A stretch of DNA of 64,000 nt from an uncultured Gemmatimonadales bacterium (GTDB taxonomy: Bacteria > Gemmatimonadota > Gemmatimonadetes > Longimicrobiales > RSA9), in assembly GCA_963816355.1 (NCBI GenBank), contig CAWFKH010000006.1, positions 416,001 to 480,000 on the forward strand, written 5' to 3'. Each line of letters begins with the position of its first letter. The first letter of the stretch is position 1. The notes below the pieces were generated by a model that was given only the letters and a program-made list of their open reading frames with translations, did not search any database and had not been told where the DNA came from. This document shows positions 1-8,351 of this stretch, one piece after another. The position numbers were made by a program, and so were the translations under genes.

Positions 1-731
1 ATCCGCTGCTGTTGCTGGCCGGTCGATTGCTGGCGGCGGCGCTGCCCTGGAGTCCGGCCGCGTGGCTGCAACTCCGCAGGTTGCGGCTGGCGGTGGAGCT
101 GGATTGCGACGCGCGCGTGCTGCGCGCGGATCCGGATGTGCGCGGCTACGGCGGCCTGCTGCTCGAGGTGGGACGCCGGCACCGCGCCCCGGGGATCACC
201 ACGGCCGCGCTGAGCGAGCCGAAGACGTTTCTCGAACTGAGGTTGGAAGCCATGCTCCAGAGAACGCGGGGACCGCGCCTCAGGCGCGCGGCCATGCTGG
301 TGGCGGCCGCGGCGATCCTGATCGGGACGGCGATGTGCGCGCAGGATCCGACGCGCGTGCCCGCGCCGCGAGCGACGACGGTCGCGGCGCCATCGGCCGA
401 CACCCTCCGGGACACGCCCGGCGGTCCGACCTTCACGCCCTTCACGGTGCAGCCGACGCTGAAGAACAGGGAGGACGTCGGTGCCGCGTTGATACGCTAC
501 TACCCGCCGCTGCTGAAGGACGCGGGGATCGGCGGGATGGCAGGCGTCTGGCTGTTCGTCGATGCGGATGGCGAGGTGGCGAAGACGACGATCGGGCGCT
601 CGAGCGGCCACGCCGCGCTCGATTCGGCCGCGCTGGCGGTCGCGAGGACCATGGTGTTCACGCCCGCGCTCAACCGGGATCGCAAGGTGCCGGTGTGGAT
701 CCAGCTACCGATCGTGTTCGGGTCGAATTGA
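1..731 (+). CDS. M56/BlaR1-type membrane peptidase domain fused to a C-terminal TonB domain (5'-partial)
   Basis: Frame is open from the window edge. DPLLLL..PWSPAAWLQLRRLRLAVELDCDARVL..YG.LL..E.R is the region downstream of HExxH in M56 proteins (HExxH itself is outside the window). C-terminal YP..LKDAGIGG...V..DG.V....SSG..ALD.AAL..F.PA..VPVW..PI.F is TonB_C. Confidence 0.85.
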   Translation, partial: PLLLLAGRLLAAALPWSPAAWLQLRRLRLAVELDCDARVLRADPDVRGYGGLLLEVGRRHRAPGITTAALSEPKTFLELRLEAMLQRTRGPRLRRAAMLVAAAAILIGTAMCAQDPTRVPAPRATTVAAPSADTLRDTPGGPTFTPFTVQPTLKNREDVGAALIRYYPPLLKDAGIGGMAGVWLFVDADGEVAKTTIGRSSGHAALDSAALAVARTMVFTPALNRDRKVPVWIQLPIVFGSN

Positions 732-941
732 GGACGTCCGGGCGTGGTCGGCTCGCCCGACGCAACCATTTCCGGCGTGGCGACATCGTATGACCGGTGA
801 GGAAGGGTGACCGGTCGGCTCGCGGCGGAAGGCTCCCGCGCGGACCTGACCCCGCGCCGGCCGTGCGCGCGCCACCGGCACCCGCCTCCCGCCTCCCTCG
901 CACGGCCCCTGCGCGCCGCTCCGGTGCAGCGGGCATCCCGC

Positions 942-2012
942 TCAGCGTGAAGCGCAGTACAGCCTCTCCTGGACGCGATCCCTGAGGTAGCGCCGGTTCT
1001 CTCCGTCGGAGTCGGCGCGGTAGCGGCGGTAGGTGCGGGTGTAGCGGCGATAGCTCCCGGCGCGGCCCCAAGCGCGGAGCAGCCGCTCGATCTCCGGCTC
1101 CGGCAGGATTCCCTCCGAGTTGTAGCTGAGCACGACGTGACGGCAGTCGGCGGCCTCGAGCAGGCGCTCGAGCTGGCCGACGCACGCGCTGCGGCGGGCC
1201 CAATCGCTACGCTTGTGCGCGTCGTCGCGGAGCAGGCCCACCTTGCCGCGCAGAGTCGGCGCGTCGTCGAACCAGCCCTCCGCGATGATTTCCGGGACAT
1301 GGTAGTAGGCGGGGTACTGTCGCGTGGTGTAGGGCGGATCGAGGTAGAGCAGGTCGAAGGCTTCCAGCGCGGCGACCAGTTCGGTCGCGTCGCCGATGTC
1401 CGCGCGGCAGCCGTTGCCCGGAACGACGCGTGGCACGCGCAGGTGAAGCGAGCGGGTCGCGTTCGATTGCCACGATTTGATGTAGGAGGCGTAGACACCG
1501 GCGGTGTTGGCGACGCGGTCCGCCGCCTCGATCAGGGCCGCGAGCAGCAGGTGGAACGCGTCGTCGCCGACGCGCGCTTCGCGTCGCCAGCGCTCGAGCG
1601 TCGCGCGGCTCGCGTCGATGCGCGCGGCGTTCTCCGGCGTGAAGTACATGCGGCCGCTCGTACCGCCGGCGCCGCCGCCGGGCGTGAAGTGCTCGTGGAG
1701 GAAGCCCGGCGCGGGTTCGACGCGCTGCAGCCTGGCGACGGCGCCGGCCAGCGTCGTCGGCTCGCCGTCGAGCTCCGGGCGCAGCGTCTCGAACGTCGGC
1801 TCGCGCGCCGTCTGCACGTAGGCGCGGCCGAAGACGTAGGAGAGGGCGAGCACGTCCGAGGCGACCACGCGGAAGCCCCAGCGCTTCAGCGCACGCGCGA
1901 CGCTCGCGGTGCCCGTGAACGGGTCGACGGCTAAGCCGCCGGCGATGCCACGCGCCCGCAGGACGCGACCGATGAAGCCGAGCAGCTTCGTCTTGTTGCC
2001 GATGTAGCGCAC
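942..2012 (-). CDS. DNA adenine (N6) methyltransferase, D12/alpha class, solitary
   Basis: N-terminal MRYIGNKTKLL, SAM-binding motif I DPFTGTASV, catalytic motif IV LYLDPPY, C-terminal LSYN.EG. Confidence 0.9.
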   Translation of the reverse strand: MRYIGNKTKLLGFIGRVLRARGIAGGLAVDPFTGTASVARALKRWGFRVVASDVLALSYVFGRAYVQTAREPTFETLRPELDGEPTTLAGAVARLQRVEPAPGFLHEHFTPGGGAGGTSGRMYFTPENAARIDASRATLERWRREARVGDDAFHLLLAALIEAADRVANTAGVYASYIKSWQSNATRSLHLRVPRVVPGNGCRADIGDATELVAALEAFDLLYLDPPYTTRQYPAYYHVPEIIAEGWFDDAPTLRGKVGLLRDDAHKRSDWARRSACVGQLERLLEAADCRHVVLSYNSEGILPEPEIERLLRAWGRAGSYRRYTRTYRRYRADSDGENRRYLRDRVQERLYCASR

Positions 2013-2019
2013 GGACGCG

Positions 2020-2048
2020 AATATACCCCGCGTTCGCCGACGCGTCCA
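2020..2048 (-). promoter_or_regulatory. sigma70-type promoter, probably leaderless transcript of the methyltransferase
   Basis: Minus strand reads TGGACG-17 nt-TATATT-7 nt-GTG(2012); no Shine-Dalgarno. Confidence 0.55.
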
Positions 2049-2103
2049 TCGGCTTGCGCCGCCCCGGTTTTCGTCGTTTTCGCGTGTCCCCCGAGGTGCA
2101 CAC

Positions 2104-2298
2104 GTGCCGCACTATCGTGCGACCATCCGTTACGGCTCCCCTCCGCGCTACCACGTGGTCAATGTGGAGGCGGCCACGCTGCGTGCCGCCATCGGCCGCA
2201 TCGCCGGTGAATTCCCGCCGGACGCGGAGGCGAGCGCGGACCTGCTCGAGCTGCGCCTGCGCGCGGATCCGGACTCGCGCGAGTTCACGCCCGGCTGA
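2104..2298 (+). CDS. small hypothetical protein (64 aa)
   Basis: Protein-like composition; its TGA overlaps the ATG of waaA (TGATG at 2296-2300). Confidence 0.65.
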   Translation: MPHYRATIRYGSPPRYHVVNVEAATLRAAIGRIAGEFPPDAEASADLLELRLRADPDSREFTPG

Positions 2299-3662
2299 TG
2301 CCGCCGTCCCTGCGTCGGTCGCTCTACCGCGGCGCCGTCCTCTCGGCGCGTTCGCTGCTGCCGCTCGCCGCGCCCGCCAGCGAGCGGCTGCGGCGAGGCG
2401 TGGTGGGTCGCGGCGAGGCGGTCGAGCGCATGCGGGAGTGGGCGACGTCGCACCTGGCCGGCGACGCGCCGCTCGTCTGGTTCCACGCGCCCTCCGTCGG
2501 CGAGGCGCTGATGGCGCAGGCGACGATCGCGGCGCTGCGCCAGAAGCGGCCGGATGTCCGCGTCGCCTTCACCCACTTCTCGCCGTCCGCCGAACGGGTG
2601 CGCGACGCGCTCGGGGCGGACGTCGCCGCCTACCTGCCGTGGGACACGCCGGGCGACGTGCATGCGGCGCTCGAGGCGCTGCGGCCGGCGGCGCTCGTCT
2701 TCGTGCGCACGGAGATCTGGCCGGAGCTGGTGGCCCAGGCGCGGGCGCGCGGCGTGCCGTGCCTGCTGGTGAACGCGACGCTGCGGGAGGGCTCCAGCCG
2801 CCTGCGTCCCGCCGCACGGTGGCTGCTGACACCGGCGTACGCTGGCCTCGCCGCGGTGGGCGCCGCGTCGGCGCCGGACGGCCGGCTGTTCGCGCGGCTC
2901 GGCGTGCCGCCCGAGCGGGTCTTCGTCACCGGGGACGCGCGCTTCGACCAGGTGTGGTCGCGCCTCGCCGGGCGTGCGGAGCCGGCGCTCGCGGGCGTGG
3001 GCCGGGAGCGCGGTCGCTTCACGCTCGTGGCGGGGTCCACGTGGCCGCGCGACCACCGCGTCCTCGCACCGGCATGGGTGGAGGCGGCGGCGCTGGAGAG
3101 GATGCGGCTGATCGTCGCGCCGCACGAGCCGGACGGGCGCCACCTCGCCGAGGTCGAGCGGACGCTCGACGCCGTGGGCGTGCCTCACCTCCGCCTCTCG
3201 GAGGCGGAGCGGGGGGCGGCCGATCCGGCGCTCGAGGAGGCGGCGGTGGTCGTGGACCGGCTCGGCGTGCTCGCCGACCTGTACCGCATCGCCGACGCGG
3301 CGTACGTGGGCGGTGGCTTCGGCTCCGCGGGGCTGCACTCGGTCGTGGAGCCGGCGGCGCTCGGCGTGCCGGTGCTGTTCGGACCGCGGCACGGCAACGC
3401 GAGGGAGGCCGCGGAGCTAGCGGCGGCAGGCGGCGGGGTGGAGGTTCGCGGGCGGACGCAGGTCGTGGCGGCGCTGCTCCGTTTCGCGCGCTCGACGGCG
3501 GAGGGGCGCGCGGCAGGAGCGGCGGCGAGGGAGTACGTGGAGTCGCGCCTCGGTGGGGCGGCGGCGGCCGCGTCGCTCGTCGACCGGTTTCTGCCCGGTC
3601 CTGCGGCCGGGCCGGGCGGCACCCGGAAACCCGGGCCCGCGCCGGGGTATGGGGTGACATGA
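2298..3662 (+). CDS. waaA: 3-deoxy-D-manno-octulosonic acid (Kdo) transferase
   Basis: WFHAPSVGE, YLPWD, TEIWP, VTGDARFD, AGSTW, APHEP, GVLADLY..ADAAYVGG, HSVVEPAALGVPVLFGP. Confidence 0.9.
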   Translation: MPPSLRRSLYRGAVLSARSLLPLAAPASERLRRGVVGRGEAVERMREWATSHLAGDAPLVWFHAPSVGEALMAQATIAALRQKRPDVRVAFTHFSPSAERVRDALGADVAAYLPWDTPGDVHAALEALRPAALVFVRTEIWPELVAQARARGVPCLLVNATLREGSSRLRPAARWLLTPAYAGLAAVGAASAPDGRLFARLGVPPERVFVTGDARFDQVWSRLAGRAEPALAGVGRERGRFTLVAGSTWPRDHRVLAPAWVEAAALERMRLIVAPHEPDGRHLAEVERTLDAVGVPHLRLSEAERGAADPALEEAAVVVDRLGVLADLYRIADAAYVGGGFGSAGLHSVVEPAALGVPVLFGPRHGNAREAAELAAAGGGVEVRGRTQVVAALLRFARSTAEGRAAGAAAREYVESRLGGAAAAASLVDRFLPGPAAGPGGTRKPGPAPGYGVT

Positions 3663-4852
3663 GCCAGCCAAGCGTTCCCACGGGGCTCGCCCCCGCCGCC
3701 GGCGGCGCCGCGCTGACGCGCGACGAGATCGGCCGCTATGCGCGCCACATCGTGCTGCCGGAGATCGGCATGGAGGGGCAGCGGCGGCTGAAGGCCGCCC
3801 GCGTCCTGATGGTGGGCGCGGGCGGCCTCGGCTCGCCCGCCGGCCTCTACCTCGCCGCGGCGGGCGTCGGGGCACTCGGCGTCGTCGACTTCGACGCGGT
3901 GGATGCGAGCAACCTGCACCGGCAGGTGCTCTATTCGACCGAGGACGTGGGGCGTCCCAAGCTGGAGGCGGCGCTCGAGCGGCTGCACGGCGTGAATCCG
4001 CACGTGGCGCTGGAGCCGCACGCGACGCGGCTGACGAGCGACAACGCGCTCGACATCATCGCCGGGTACGACCTCGTGGTGGACGGGAGCGACAACTTCC
4101 CCACGCGCTACCTGGTCAACGACGCCTGCGTGTTGCTCGGCAAGCCGTACGTGTACGGCGCGATTTTCCGCTTCGAAGGCCAGGTCTCGATCTTCGCCGC
4201 GCCCGGCGGGCCGTGTTATCGCTGCCTGTTCCGTGAGCCGCCGCCGCCCGGTGCGGTGCCCGGCTGCGCGGAGGGCGGCGTGCTGGGCGTGCTGCCCGGC
4301 ATCGTCGGTTCGATGCAGGCGCTGGAAGCGGTCAAGTGGATTACCGGAGCGGGCGAGACGCTCGCCGGGCGCGTGCTCCTGTTCGACGCCCTCGCGCCTC
4401 GCTGGCGGGAGCTGCGGCTGCGCCGCAACGCGGAGTGCCCCGCGTGCGGCGATCGGCCCACGATCGATCACCTCATCGACTACGAGGAGTTCTGCGGCGT
4501 GAAACCCGACAGCGCGGCCGGGGCGGAGATCCCGGAGATCTCGGTGGTGGAGCTGAAGGAGCGGCTCGATCGCGGCGACCGGATCGCCCTCGTCGACATC
4601 CGTGAGCCGTACGAATGGGAGATCGCGAACCTCGGCGAGGAGGGAGCGCGGCTGCTGCCGCTCTCCGAGCTCGGCGAGCGCTCGGGCGAGCTCGACCCGG
4701 CGGAGGAGATCGTCGTGCTCTGCCGCTCCGGCAGCCGCAGCGCGAAGCTCGTTCGCGAGCTCGTGCGCGCGGGCTTCCCGCGAGTCTGGAACTTGCGGGG
4801 TGGCATCCTGGCGTGGTCGGAGGAGATCGACCCCACCAAGCGCCGCTACTGA
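3659..4852 (+). CDS. moeB: MoeB/MoeZ family E1-like adenylyltransferase with C-terminal rhodanese domain
   Basis: RYARHIVL, GAGGLGSP, SNLHRQ, DGSDNFPTRYLVND, PCYRC..C.EGGVLG, CPAC zinc site, rhodanese CRSGSRS. ATG 3659 overlaps the waaA stop (ATGA). The ORF-track start at 2054 is an upstream artefact. Confidence 0.92.
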   Translation: MSQPSVPTGLAPAAGGAALTRDEIGRYARHIVLPEIGMEGQRRLKAARVLMVGAGGLGSPAGLYLAAAGVGALGVVDFDAVDASNLHRQVLYSTEDVGRPKLEAALERLHGVNPHVALEPHATRLTSDNALDIIAGYDLVVDGSDNFPTRYLVNDACVLLGKPYVYGAIFRFEGQVSIFAAPGGPCYRCLFREPPPPGAVPGCAEGGVLGVLPGIVGSMQALEAVKWITGAGETLAGRVLLFDALAPRWRELRLRRNAECPACGDRPTIDHLIDYEEFCGVKPDSAAGAEIPEISVVELKERLDRGDRIALVDIREPYEWEIANLGEEGARLLPLSELGERSGELDPAEEIVVLCRSGSRSAKLVRELVRAGFPRVWNLRGGILAWSEEIDPTKRRY

Positions 4853-4892
4853 TCGCACGACGGCTACGGATCCCACGAACGGCAGGAGACTC

Positions 4893-6401
4893 TTGCATCA
4901 TCGCAGTGAGAAGGACCACGACCGCGACGGGTGGCCGGCGCGCGGCACCGACTGGCTACGCAGCCGCCGCACCCTCGCCATCGCCGGCGCGGCCGCTCTG
5001 GTCGCGCTCGGCGCGCTCGCCTTTCCCGGACCGCGTCGCGCTGACGAACCGTCCGCGACCCGCCCATCCGCGGCGTCGCTCGCCTCCGTCGCGGCCGCCG
5101 GGAGGGCCGCGGCGGCCGGCCCCGGATCCGCGACGGGCACGGCCGCGGCGGACGGCGGCGCGGGGCGCGAGGGGACGGCCGACGGCGCGGCCGCGCGGCA
5201 GGCGATCCCGGCCGATCTGCCCCCGGTCACGCCGGCGAGCTTCGCGGTGCACGTGGACGCGCTGCCGGCGGCGGAGCGGGTGGCGCGGCCCGCCGCGATT
5301 CACGGCATCTACCTGAACGCGTGGGCTGCGGGATCGGCCCGGAAGCGCGCGAAGCTGATCGCGCTGGCGGACCGGACGGAGGTGAACGCCTTCGTCGTCG
5401 ACGTGAAGGACGCGACCGGCCACGTGAGCTACGAGAGCAGCATGGCGCTGGCGCGGAAGATCGGCGCGAGCCAGGCGCGCGTCGGCGACATCCGCGCTTT
5501 CCTGGCGGAGCTGCGTTCGCACGGGATCTACCCGATCGCGCGTATCGTCGCTTTCAAGGATCCGGTGCTCGCGGCGGCGCGGCCCGACTGGGCGATCCGG
5601 GACACCGCGGGCGGCCTCTGGCACGACCGCTACGGCGACACCTGGGTGGACGCCTACGACCGGCGCGTGTGGGACTACGACATCGCGCTGGCCCGCGAGG
5701 CGATGGAGCTCGGCTTCTCCGAGATCCAGTGGGACTACGTCCGCTTCCCGGACACGCCGGCGCGCCAGATGCGCAACGCCGTCTTCGCGGCCGCCGCCGG
5801 CCGCACGAAGGCGCAGGCGATCAGCGAGTTCCTCCGCTACTCCCGCGATCAGCTCTCCGACGTCGGTGCGACCGTCACCGCCGACGTCTTCGGGCTCACG
5901 ACGTCGGCCGGCTCCGACATGGGGATCGGCCAGTACTGGCCGATGATGGTGGGCGCGACCGACGCACTGCTCCCGATGGTGTATCCGTCGCACTACCGCA
6001 AAGGCTCCTACGGCATCGCCTACCCCAACGGCAGCCCGTACGAGATCGTCAAGACGGCGCTGGAGCACGGCCTGCGCCGCAGCGAGGGCGTCGCGGACGC
6101 GGCCGAGATCCGGCCGTGGCTGCAGGACTTCACGCTCGGCCGGCCGCGCTACGGTGCCGCCGAGGTGCGCGCGCAGATCCGCGCCGTCTACGACGTCGGG
6201 CTGCGCGACTGGATCCTGTGGAATCCCGGCAGCGACTACACGGTGGCCGCGCTCGCGCCCGCGGGTGGCGATGCGCCCGCCTTCGACATCCCTCACTTCG
6301 CGCCGAACGCGAAGCCCGTCACTTCGATCCAGCGTGACGGGCCGCGGCTGCTCGGCACGCCGATCGAGCTGCCGGACACCGCCGGCGCGGTCCGCCGCTG
6401 A
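4893..6401 (+). CDS. putative glycoside hydrolase, DUF4015-type TIM barrel, membrane-anchored or secreted
   Basis: GIYLN, NAFVVDVKD..G, IARIVAFKDP, EIQWDYVRFP, SADVFG-like, IGQ.W, PMVYPSHY, RPWLQDF, WNP..Y. TTG start after AGGAG is inferred; hydrophobic N-terminal segment. Confidence 0.8.
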   Translation: MHHRSEKDHDRDGWPARGTDWLRSRRTLAIAGAAALVALGALAFPGPRRADEPSATRPSAASLASVAAAGRAAAAGPGSATGTAAADGGAGREGTADGAAARQAIPADLPPVTPASFAVHVDALPAAERVARPAAIHGIYLNAWAAGSARKRAKLIALADRTEVNAFVVDVKDATGHVSYESSMALARKIGASQARVGDIRAFLAELRSHGIYPIARIVAFKDPVLAAARPDWAIRDTAGGLWHDRYGDTWVDAYDRRVWDYDIALAREAMELGFSEIQWDYVRFPDTPARQMRNAVFAAAAGRTKAQAISEFLRYSRDQLSDVGATVTADVFGLTTSAGSDMGIGQYWPMMVGATDALLPMVYPSHYRKGSYGIAYPNGSPYEIVKTALEHGLRRSEGVADAAEIRPWLQDFTLGRPRYGAAEVRAQIRAVYDVGLRDWILWNPGSDYTVAALAPAGGDAPAFDIPHFAPNAKPVTSIQRDGPRLLGTPIELPDTAGAVRR

Positions 6402-6420
6402 CGCGGAGCGCCGGAACCTC

Positions 6421-6492
6421 CCTCGCCGCGCCGCTTCACTCGTCGGGCCGCGCCGCCTCACCCTCCTCGCCGCGCCGCTTCACTCGCCGGGC
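6421..6492. repeat. 28-bp direct repeat (2 copies, 1 mismatch) plus a partial middle copy
   Basis: cctcgccgcgccgcttcactcg(t/c)cgggc at 6421-6448 and 6465-6492; gccgcgccgcctcac at 6447-6461. Confidence 0.8.
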
Positions 6493-8324
6493 GGTCCGAG
6501 CCCCGCGAGCCGCATGAGGCGGAGCGCGTTGTGCGATGTCGCGGGACCCGGTCGCAGCGCGTAGTCGAAGCGCATCGCGGGCCCGTCCGCCTCCTCCACC
6601 ACGGCCTCCCGGAAGTGGACGACGCGCGCCGCCTCGCGCAGGGGGGGGCGGTTCGCGATCGCGAGGTCGTGCGTGGCGACGGCGCCGATCGCGCGCGTCG
6701 CGAGCAGCCGCTCCAGCACCCACCGCGCGCCCTCGCGGTGCTCCTCGACGTTCGTCCCCTGCAGGATCTCGTCGAGCAGATAGAGCACGGGCGCGCCGCG
6801 AGGCTCCGCGGCGGCCTCGACCACCTGCCGCAGGCGCCGGACCTCCGCCATGAAGAACGAGAGCCCCTCCTCGAGGGAATCCCGGATCCGCATGCTGGTG
6901 AACGGGCGCAGCGTCGTGAGCCGCAGAGAAGCGGCGCACGCCGGCGCTCCGCACGCCGCGAGCACGGCGTTCGCTCCGATCGCCCGCAACAGCGTGCTCT
7001 TCCCGGACATGTTCGACCCGGTCACGAGCAGGAGCGTGCCGGACGGTCCGACGGAGACGTCGTTCGCGACGCGCGTCCCGGGAGCGAGGAGGGGATGTCC
7101 GAGCGACGTCGCCTGGAAGCACGCGGGCTCCTCTTCCGGCGCGATCTCGGGGAACACCCACTCCGGCTGGTCGAAGGCGAGCGTGGCGAGAGCCGCGAGC
7201 GCCTCCGCTTCACCGAGCGCCTCGAGCCAGCCCCGCGCGCGGCCGCCCTCCTCGCGCGCCCAGCGCTCCAGCCTGGCCACGACGTGGAAGTCCCACAGCG
7301 TGACGAGGTGGACCGCGAAGTGGACGAAGGAGAGGCGCAGGTCCGCGAGGTGGAGGATGCGCTCGAGGCGCGCGATCGCGGCGGAGGCCGGCGCGCCCGA
7401 GTCGACGCCGAGCGCGGCGCGCAGCCGGCGCAGGCGAGGCGCGTCGAACGACGCGGCCTCGAGCAGGCGGAGCAGGTCCGCGTACGGGTCGAGCTCGTCG
7501 ACCGGCGCTGCGTCGCGCCGCGTGCGGCCCAGCGCGCCCGCGTGGCGCAGCGTCAGCAGCAGGTTCGCGGCGACGCCGGCGAGCCAGAGGTTCGCGCCGA
7601 CGACGCCCGCGATCTGGAGCGCCGCGAGCCCGATCGTGGCGAGCGGCAGCAGGCGCGCCGCCCAGAGCAGGCGCGGCCGCCGCAGCAGCCACGGCTCGCG
7701 GGTGGCCCAGCCGAGGAACCGCTCGACGCGGGCCGCGCCGATGTCGCCGGCGAGGCGGCCGCGCGCGGCGAGCTCGTCGCGGAGCGCCGCGTCGCGCGCG
7801 AGCTCCCGGACCGCGGCCTGGCGCTCGAGGGTCTCTTCCCGGCCGGCGGGATCGAGCAGCCAGCGGCCGAGCACGGCGCGTCCGCCGGGCGTCGATACGG
7901 GGCCCAGGAGGGAGGAGATCGATGCATGGCCCAGGATGTTGAGGTCGGCCGCGTACGGGTGTTCGGCCGGGACACGCACGCTCCAGGCGGGGACCGCGCT
8001 CCACCGGCGCTGCAGCCGCGCGAGTCCCTCCGCGGCGAGGCGGCTGCGGGCGCGCGCGCGCGCTTCCGCCCGTCGCACCCGGCCGTGCCACGCGACGGCG
8101 GCCACGAATCCGCCGAGCGTGGCGAGCGCGACCACCAGCGCGGCGGCGCGCAGCGGCTGGGGCGCGATCTCGGATGCGACGATCGCGGAGATCGCGAGGG
8201 TGAAGAGTGCGAGCCGGAGGTGGGAGACGAGGCGGCTGCGGCGGCCGAGTGCGACGCGCTCCGCCGCCCGTTCCGCCTCGACGTTCCGGTAGTGTTCGCG
8301 CGGGTCCGTCGACGGCGTCGTCAT
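6480..8324 (-). CDS. MutS-related protein with N-terminal transmembrane segments and MutS domain V ATPase
   Basis: Walker A TGSNMSGKSTLLR, DSL..G.SFFMAEV.RL, Walker B LLDEILQGTN, ATHDL; HPYAADL motif; hydrophobic helices; no mismatch-binding domain I. Confidence 0.85.
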   Translation of the reverse strand: MTTPSTDPREHYRNVEAERAAERVALGRRSRLVSHLRLALFTLAISAIVASEIAPQPLRAAALVVALATLGGFVAAVAWHGRVRRAEARARARSRLAAEGLARLQRRWSAVPAWSVRVPAEHPYAADLNILGHASISSLLGPVSTPGGRAVLGRWLLDPAGREETLERQAAVRELARDAALRDELAARGRLAGDIGAARVERFLGWATREPWLLRRPRLLWAARLLPLATIGLAALQIAGVVGANLWLAGVAANLLLTLRHAGALGRTRRDAAPVDELDPYADLLRLLEAASFDAPRLRRLRAALGVDSGAPASAAIARLERILHLADLRLSFVHFAVHLVTLWDFHVVARLERWAREEGGRARGWLEALGEAEALAALATLAFDQPEWVFPEIAPEEEPACFQATSLGHPLLAPGTRVANDVSVGPSGTLLLVTGSNMSGKSTLLRAIGANAVLAACGAPACAASLRLTTLRPFTSMRIRDSLEEGLSFFMAEVRRLRQVVEAAAEPRGAPVLYLLDEILQGTNVEEHREGARWVLERLLATRAIGAVATHDLAIANRPPLREAARVVHFREAVVEEADGPAMRFDYALRPGPATSHNALRLMRLAGLGPPGE

Positions 8325-8351
8325 CTCCGGTGTCGGCGGCGGAACCTGGCG

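Noticed and set aside
2054..3658. Apparent 932-aa MoeB fusion
   Set aside because: The upstream part is an alternate frame of waaA; the real start is ATG 3659.
942..8324. Defence island (methyltransferase plus MutS-like ATPase)
   Set aside because: The genes are separated by housekeeping waaA/moeB, and no nuclease, toxin or mobility gene is present.
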